A stretch of 64,000 nt of DNA from an uncultured Candidatus Rokubacteria bacterium (GTDB taxonomy: Bacteria; Methylomirabilota; Methylomirabilia; Rokubacteriales; DASRDR01): assembly GCA_963805625.1 (NCBI GenBank), contig CAWDVE010000010.1, positions 480,001 through 544,000 of the forward strand. Reading direction: 5' to 3'. Positions within the stretch are counted from its first letter, which is position 1. Each line of letters opens with the position of its first letter. Positions 59,002-64,000 of this stretch are shown here, piece by piece. A model generated the notes under the pieces. It saw nothing but the letters and a program-made list of their open reading frames with translations. It had not been told where the DNA came from and did no database searches. A program made the translations under genes and the position numbers.

Positions 59002-59278
59002 AGCCCGAACCTCCATGCAGCGATGCAGCGGTTCGTTCCGCTTCGACTCAGCCCCGAACCGACAGTCCAGTGCAGTGGCCGCGCGCCATGGCCGCTTCCG
59101 ATCGTCAGCGGCCTACCCTACGTCCCCCGCCATTCACCCTCGCGTCAGGCTTCCCCCGGATGGCGTTGCCATTCCGTTGCCATTTGAGGGGGCGCATCGG
59201 GGCGATTTGGGGGGATTCGGGGGTTTCGAGGTTGAGCCCGAAACCCCCGTCCAACTGCGCAACTTCGCGGAAGATTGT

Positions 59279-59353
59279 TGGAGCGGGAAACGGGATTTGA
59301 ACCCGCGACCCCAACCTTGGCAAGGTTGTGCTCTACCCCTGAGCTATTCCCGC
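59279..59353 (-). tRNA. tRNA-Gly(GCC)
   Basis: GCGGGAATAGCTCAGGGGTAGAGCACAACC-TTGCCAA-GGTTG...GGTTCAAATCC...TCCA. Confidence 0.96.
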
Positions 59354-59365
59354 TCGACGTCAGGG

Positions 59366-59394
59366 ATTCTAACAGGGCGCCTCCGGAGGGTCAA
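59366..59394 (-). promoter_or_regulatory. Sigma70 promoter of the tRNA cluster
   Basis: TTGACC-N17-TAGAAT ending 12 bp upstream of tRNA-Gly. Confidence 0.7.
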
Positions 59395-60419
59395 CGCGAG
59401 CGCCCCCCGTCTGCCGTTGCCGCACCCGGCGCCCTGCCCGCTTGGCGCAGGAAGCGCGCCGCATCCTCGGGAGGCGTCGGATTGATGAAGAAGCCGGTGC
59501 CGAGCTCGAAGCCGGCGACACGCGTCAGCTTCGGCATGAGCTCGAGGTGCCAGTGGAAGTGCTCGGGATCCGGCTCCCGGAGCGGCGCCGTGTGGAGCGC
59601 GAAGTTGTACGGGGGGTCTGCGAAGAGCCGGCCGAGGCGGGCGACCAGCTCTCGAAGCAGGCGGGCCAGCGCGTCCACCTCGTCGGGCATGAGGCCCTCG
59701 AAGCTCGCGCGGTGGGCGGTCGGCAGGACGCATGTCTCGTACGGGAAGCGCGAGGCGTAGGGTGCAACGGCCACGAACCCCTCCTCCTCGAGAACGAGCC
59801 GGGTGCCCTCCCGTCGCTCCTGCCGGACGATGTCGCACCACACGCAGCGTTCCTTCATCCGGAAGTAGCGGATGGCGCCCTCGAGCTCCTCCGCCACCAG
59901 CTCCGGCAGGATCGGCGTCGCGATCAGCTGGGAGTGCGGGTGCTCGAGCGACGCGCCGGCCGCCACGCCGTGATTCTTGAAGATCAGGACGTACTCGAGG
60001 CGCGGGTCCTTGCGGAGAGCGAGGAGGCGCTCCCGATACGCCACCAGCACCTCTCCGACGTGCGCCGCCGAGAGCGTCCCGAGACCCGCGAAGTGATCCG
60101 GGCTCTCGATGACCACCTCGTGCGTCCCTACCCCGTCGATCTGGTCGTAGATTCCCTCCCCGGTTGCGTGGACCTCTCCATCCGAGTGGAGGGCCGGGAA
60201 CTTGTTCGGGACCACGCGGACCGTCCAGGCGCCGTCCTCCGACCCGCCGGAGCGGAACACCTCCGGAGGGGTGCGGTCCTCATGGCCGGGACAGAAGGGA
60301 CATTCCTCCGACCCGCGGGGCGCGATGACCTCGGGGGCGAAGTCCGTCGGGCGCCGCGCCCGCTCGGTGGCGATGATCACCCACCGCTCCACCACGGGGT
60401 CCTTCCGGAGCTCAGGCAT
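59391..60419 (-). CDS. galT: Galactose-1-phosphate uridylyltransferase
   Basis: ELRKDP, CPFCPG, NKFPAL, GASLEHPHSQ, HWHLE. Confidence 0.92.
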   Translation of the reverse strand: MPELRKDPVVERWVIIATERARRPTDFAPEVIAPRGSEECPFCPGHEDRTPPEVFRSGGSEDGAWTVRVVPNKFPALHSDGEVHATGEGIYDQIDGVGTHEVVIESPDHFAGLGTLSAAHVGEVLVAYRERLLALRKDPRLEYVLIFKNHGVAAGASLEHPHSQLIATPILPELVAEELEGAIRYFRMKERCVWCDIVRQERREGTRLVLEEEGFVAVAPYASRFPYETCVLPTAHRASFEGLMPDEVDALARLLRELVARLGRLFADPPYNFALHTAPLREPDPEHFHWHLELMPKLTRVAGFELGTGFFINPTPPEDAARFLRQAGRAPGAATADGGRSR

Positions 60420-61452
60420 CGTCCCCCACCGCGAGGTCGTACGGCTCCTCTTCGGGACGGGCGGAGCGCGAGAGGAGCGCGAGGAGCGCCTCCCTCGGCG
60501 CCTTTCGTTCGAAGAGCACCGCCGCGACCTCCTCGATCACTGGCGTCACCACGCCGGCACGCCGCGCGAGGGCGAGCCCCGCGTGAGCGGTGCGCACCCC
60601 TTCTGCCACCGAGCGCGTGCTCGCTTGCCACTCGGACAGGGACTGCCCGCGCGCGAGGGCAAGGCCGAGGCGGCGATTTCGCGACAGCTCGCCGGTGCAG
60701 GTCAGGATCAGATCACCGAGGCCCGCGAGCCCGGCGAACGTCCGGGCCCGGGCGCCCAGCGCGACGCCGAGGCGCGTGATCTCCGCGAGCCCCCTGGTCA
60801 GGAGGGCCGCGCGGGCGTTGTATCCGAGTTCGAGGCCGTCCGCGATCCCGGTGGCAATCGCCATGACGTTCTTGAGGGCGCCGCCGAGCTCGACGCCGGT
60901 CACGTCGGCCTGCGTGTAGAGGCGGAAGGTCGGCGTGGCCAGCGCCGTCTGGAGCCCACGTGCGAGCCCGGCGTCGAGTGAGGCGAGCACGGCCGCCGTC
61001 GGCCGCCCCTGGCCGACCTCCTGCGCGAAGGTCGGTCCGGACAGCACGGCCACGCGATTCGAATGCCCGGGCGGCAGCTCCTCGGCCAGGACCTCGGACA
61101 TTCGCGCCAGACGGTCCTCCTCGATCCCCTTCGCGGCGGAGAGGACTCGCGCGTCGGGCGCGAGATGGGGTGCCATCGCCCGGGCGACGCTCCGGAAGAC
61201 GTGGGACGGCACCGCGATCACGACCGTCTCCGCGCTCGCCACGACCGCCGCGAGATCGCCGTGTGGCTCGATCGCCTCCGGCAGCCGCACCCCCGGCAGG
61301 AACCACGGATTCTCGGAGGACCCGCGGACGATCGCGAGGAGCTCGGGCTCGAACACCCAGAGGCGGGGTACGAACCCCGCGCGAACAGCCTGCACCGCGA
61401 GCGCCGTGCCCCAGGCCCCGGCGCCGACGATCGCCAACCCGCCCGCGGTCAC
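60412..61452 (-). CDS. gpsA: NAD(P)H-dependent glycerol-3-phosphate dehydrogenase
   Basis: GAGAWGTAL, KGIE, LSGPTFA, GGALKNV, GLGDLILTC, SRNR. Confidence 0.93.
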   Translation of the reverse strand: MTAGGLAIVGAGAWGTALAVQAVRAGFVPRLWVFEPELLAIVRGSSENPWFLPGVRLPEAIEPHGDLAAVVASAETVVIAVPSHVFRSVARAMAPHLAPDARVLSAAKGIEEDRLARMSEVLAEELPPGHSNRVAVLSGPTFAQEVGQGRPTAAVLASLDAGLARGLQTALATPTFRLYTQADVTGVELGGALKNVMAIATGIADGLELGYNARAALLTRGLAEITRLGVALGARARTFAGLAGLGDLILTCTGELSRNRRLGLALARGQSLSEWQASTRSVAEGVRTAHAGLALARRAGVVTPVIEEVAAVLFERKAPREALLALLSRSARPEEEPYDLAVGDDA

Positions 61453-62084
61453 CGAGGGCTGCTCGAGGTCGGCGGCGCGCCTGTCGCGGAGACCGGTGCC
61501 TGCTCGCCGAAGCGCGCCTCGCTCCCCGCCAGCAGACGCTGGATGTTCGCGTGGTGCCGCGCGATGACGATGACCGCCACCGCCAGCCCGGCCAGGGCGA
61601 GCGCCGCCGGATAGCCGAGGGCCAGGATCGCCAGTGGGAGCCCGACCACGGCGCAGAGGGAGGCGAGCGACACGAACCGGAACGAGGCGACCAGGCTCGC
61701 GAACACCACCGCCGCCGGGATCAGAGCCCAGGGGGTGACACGGAGGAACGCGCCGAGGGCGGTCGCGACGCCCTTCCCGCCCCGGAACCGGAGGAAGACG
61801 GGCCAGCAATTGCCGACGACGGCGAGGACCGCCGCCGCGCCAGCCCACGCGGGCTCCGCCCCCGCGAGGCTTCCGATCCACGTCGCGATGTACCCCTTGA
61901 CGATGTCACCGAAGAGCGTGGCGAGGGCCGGCATCCAGCCCGCTGTTCTGAGAACGTTAGTCGCCCCGATGTTCCCGCTGCCCCGGCGGCGAATGTCGAC
62001 GCCCTGGATGCGCGCGACCACGTAACCCACTGGGATGGCGCCCACCACGTAGGCGCCGAGAAGCCAGAGGGCGCTCAGCGCCAG
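61449..62084 (-). CDS. plsY: Glycerol-3-phosphate acyltransferase PlsY (start uncertain, possibly CTG)
   Basis: GSGNIGATNV, DIVKG, FRGGKGVAT, HHANIQRL. The frame stays open upstream of the track's start through the first TM helix. Confidence 0.9.
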   Translation of the reverse strand: MALSALWLLGAYVVGAIPVGYVVARIQGVDIRRRGSGNIGATNVLRTAGWMPALATLFGDIVKGYIATWIGSLAGAEPAWAGAAAVLAVVGNCWPVFLRFRGGKGVATALGAFLRVTPWALIPAAVVFASLVASFRFVSLASLCAVVGLPLAILALGYPAALALAGLAVAVIVIARHHANIQRLLAGSEARFGEQAPVSATGAPPTSSSPR

Positions 62085-62653
62085 CGCTCTTCTCCCCGGA
62101 CTAGGGCGTCGACGTCGGAGGCGCGGTAGAAGCGGACGAAATAGTCGATGCCGGAGAACACTGTCAATGTGAGGGCCGCCCAGAGCATGCCACGCGAGAC
62201 GTATATGAACTCGGAATCGAAACCGCTGGGAACGCTACGCTCGAGGATCAGGAGCGTCACGGCCAGGTACTGGGAGAAGGTCTTATACTTGCCCAGGTCG
62301 GACGCCTCGATGACGAGCCCCTGGGCCGCGGAGACGCTCCGGAGGCCGGTCACCGCGAATTCCCGCCCGATCACGATCACGACCATCCAGGCCTCGACCA
62401 TGCCGATCTGGACGAGGGAGATGAGGGCGGCGGAGACGAGTACCTTGTCCGCAACCGGGTCGAGGAGCTTGCCGAGCGTGGTGACCTGGCCGCGCCGCCT
62501 GGCGATCAGCCCGTCGAGCCAGTCCGTCAGCGCCGCCCCGGCAAACAGCACCGCGGCCACCAGCGCGTGCGTGGACTCGTTCGAGATGAGGAAGGCGACG
62601 ACGAGCGGAACGAGACAGATCCGTCCGACCGTCAGTTGTGTCGGTAGGTTCAC
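62075..62653 (-). CDS. pgsA: CDP-diacylglycerol--glycerol-3-phosphate 3-phosphatidyltransferase
   Basis: NLPTQLT, TDWLDGLIARR...GKLLDPVADK, REFAVTGLR. Confidence 0.92.
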   Translation of the reverse strand: MNLPTQLTVGRICLVPLVVAFLISNESTHALVAAVLFAGAALTDWLDGLIARRRGQVTTLGKLLDPVADKVLVSAALISLVQIGMVEAWMVVIVIGREFAVTGLRSVSAAQGLVIEASDLGKYKTFSQYLAVTLLILERSVPSGFDSEFIYVSRGMLWAALTLTVFSGIDYFVRFYRASDVDALVRGEERWR

Positions 62654-63432
62654 GTCTCGCCTCCGGGCGCACCTCGCGCCGCTTCATTATGGCGGGGCGC
62701 CCCAAGGGGGGTCAAGTTACCGCCGCTCGCCACCAGGGCGCCCTCGCGGAGCACCGGCACCACCCCGTGAACGTCCAGGGCCACGCAGAGAGGGAGGTCG
62801 GAGCCCCGCCCCTGGCCCACCAGGGCCTGTGCCCACGTGGCGTCGGCGAGCATGGCGCCGAGGTCGTCCGCGTAGCGCTCCCAGAGAGCCCGCGCCGCTC
62901 GCGCCGCGTCGGTCTGCCGCCTGCCCGCGGTCGCGAGACGTGAGACGAGAAGCCCGGCGCAGACCGCGTCCTCCAGGCAGAAGCGCCCTCGCTCCCCCGC
63001 GCATACCAGGAGGACGTCCCCGGGCTCCGCCGACGCCCAGCGGGCCACGGCAGCGGCGTTCACGAAGCCGCCCACCGCGATCCGGCGCGCGCCCGCGAGA
63101 GCGAGGAGCGCACGGGTGCCGTTCGTCGTCGTGAACACGACCGTGCGGCCGCGGACGCGATCGGGCGTGTACTCGGCCGGGGAGTTCCCGTGATCGAACC
63201 CCGGCGGGGGCGCCCCGCCCCGCTCACCCCCGACGAGGACGGGTCCCGTGTCCCCTTCCCGGCGGAGCGCCCGAGCCTCGTCCGGCGTGGCGACCGGAAC
63301 GACGGCCAGCGCCCCGCCGGCGAGGGCGGCGACGATCGTCGTGGAGGCTCGCACCACGTCCAGGACGACCGCGGTCACGCCGGCGAGCGGTATCCCGCGC
63401 ACCTCCTCGAGCGTGAGCGCGACGTCGATCAC
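62650..63432 (-). CDS. comB: 2-phosphosulfolactate phosphatase
   Basis: [32 protein letters not shown]. Confidence 0.88.
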   Translation of the reverse strand: MIDVALTLEEVRGIPLAGVTAVVLDVVRASTTIVAALAGGALAVVPVATPDEARALRREGDTGPVLVGGERGGAPPPGFDHGNSPAEYTPDRVRGRTVVFTTTNGTRALLALAGARRIAVGGFVNAAAVARWASAEPGDVLLVCAGERGRFCLEDAVCAGLLVSRLATAGRRQTDAARAARALWERYADDLGAMLADATWAQALVGQGRGSDLPLCVALDVHGVVPVLREGALVASGGNLTPLGAPRHNEAARGAPGGET

Positions 63433-64000
63433 GAGGGGCCGGCGGCTCGATCCTGGTCGCGGAGGGCGCGGATGCGGAGACGCAGAGCATTCAGGCGGAT
63501 GAAGCCCTCGGCGTCCTTCTGGCGATACACGGAGTCGGCCTCGAAGGTCACCACGTCCTGGCGGTAGAGCGAGCGCGGCGAGCGCCGTCCTGCCACCGTG
63601 ACGTTGCCCTTGTAGAGCTTGAGCCGCACGTGCCCGGTGACGTCCCGCTGCGCGTGATCCATGAAGACCTGGAGCGCTTCGCGCTCGGGAGCGTACCAGA
63701 AGCCGTAGTAGATCATCTCGGCGTAGCGCGGCACCAGAGAGTCCCGCAGGTGGAGAAGCTCCCGGTCCATCGTGATGGACTCGAGCGCCCGGTGTGCTGC
63801 GTGGAGGATGGTCCCGCCCGGGGTCTCGTAGACGCCGCGGGACTTCATCCCCACGTAGCGGTTCTCCACGAGATCGATGCGGCCGACGCCGTTCTCGCCG
63901 CCGATGCGGTTCAGCCGCTCGAGGAGGGCGACCGGGCCGAGGTGCTTCCCGTCGACGGCGACGGGGTTCCCGGCCTCGAACTCGATCTCGACCGTGGTCG
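63429..64000 (-). CDS. argG: Argininosuccinate synthase, 3' part
   Basis: [33 protein letters not shown]. Confidence 0.93.
   Translation of the reverse strand, partial: TTVEIEFEAGNPVAVDGKHLGPVALLERLNRIGGENGVGRIDLVENRYVGMKSRGVYETPGGTILHAAHRALESITMDRELLHLRDSLVPRYAEMIYYGFWYAPEREALQVFMDHAQRDVTGHVRLKLYKGNVTVAGRRSPRSLYRQDVVTFEADSVYRQKDAEGFIRLNALRLRIRALRDQDRAAGPS

Overview
High-GC bacterial chromosome window. The gene repertoire (zinc-ribbon/cyclase/AAA/TPR protein, PilT, split MetE, a candidate selenoprotein) suggests Methylomirabilota/Rokubacteria, which is an inference. 1-20.5 kb is core metabolism: a minus-strand korAB-glcDEF-cupin-DUF2203-split metE-HAD run, a LysR gene divergent from gltBD, chdC and a radical SAM gene. 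An IS1202-family element with a 16-bp target duplication follows. 22-37 kb is an accessory metal/sulfur region: cation transporter, CopD-cytochrome c-redoxin fusion, CusF-like protein, rhodaneses, cupins, thiol dioxygenase, a bufferin-type DUF2282/DUF692/DUF2063/DoxX RiPP cluster, and an exported rhodanese with an in-frame UGA (U-x-C motif plus SECIS-like hairpin) coupled to a Fur-family gene. 42.4-59.4 kb is a tRNA Gly(GCC)-Cys(GCA)-Leu(TAA) cluster split apart by mobile elements. The main one is a ~13.0-kb phage-satellite-like island that duplicates the 5' half of tRNA-Leu. It carries a tyrosine integrase, HTH/xis, primase-polymerase, helicase, scaffold-like and internal-virion-like genes and a HEPN-like gene, with no capsid, portal or terminase recognised. 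The window ends with galT, gpsA, plsY, pgsA, comB and partial argG. All family calls are from motif recognition by eye; no database searches were run.
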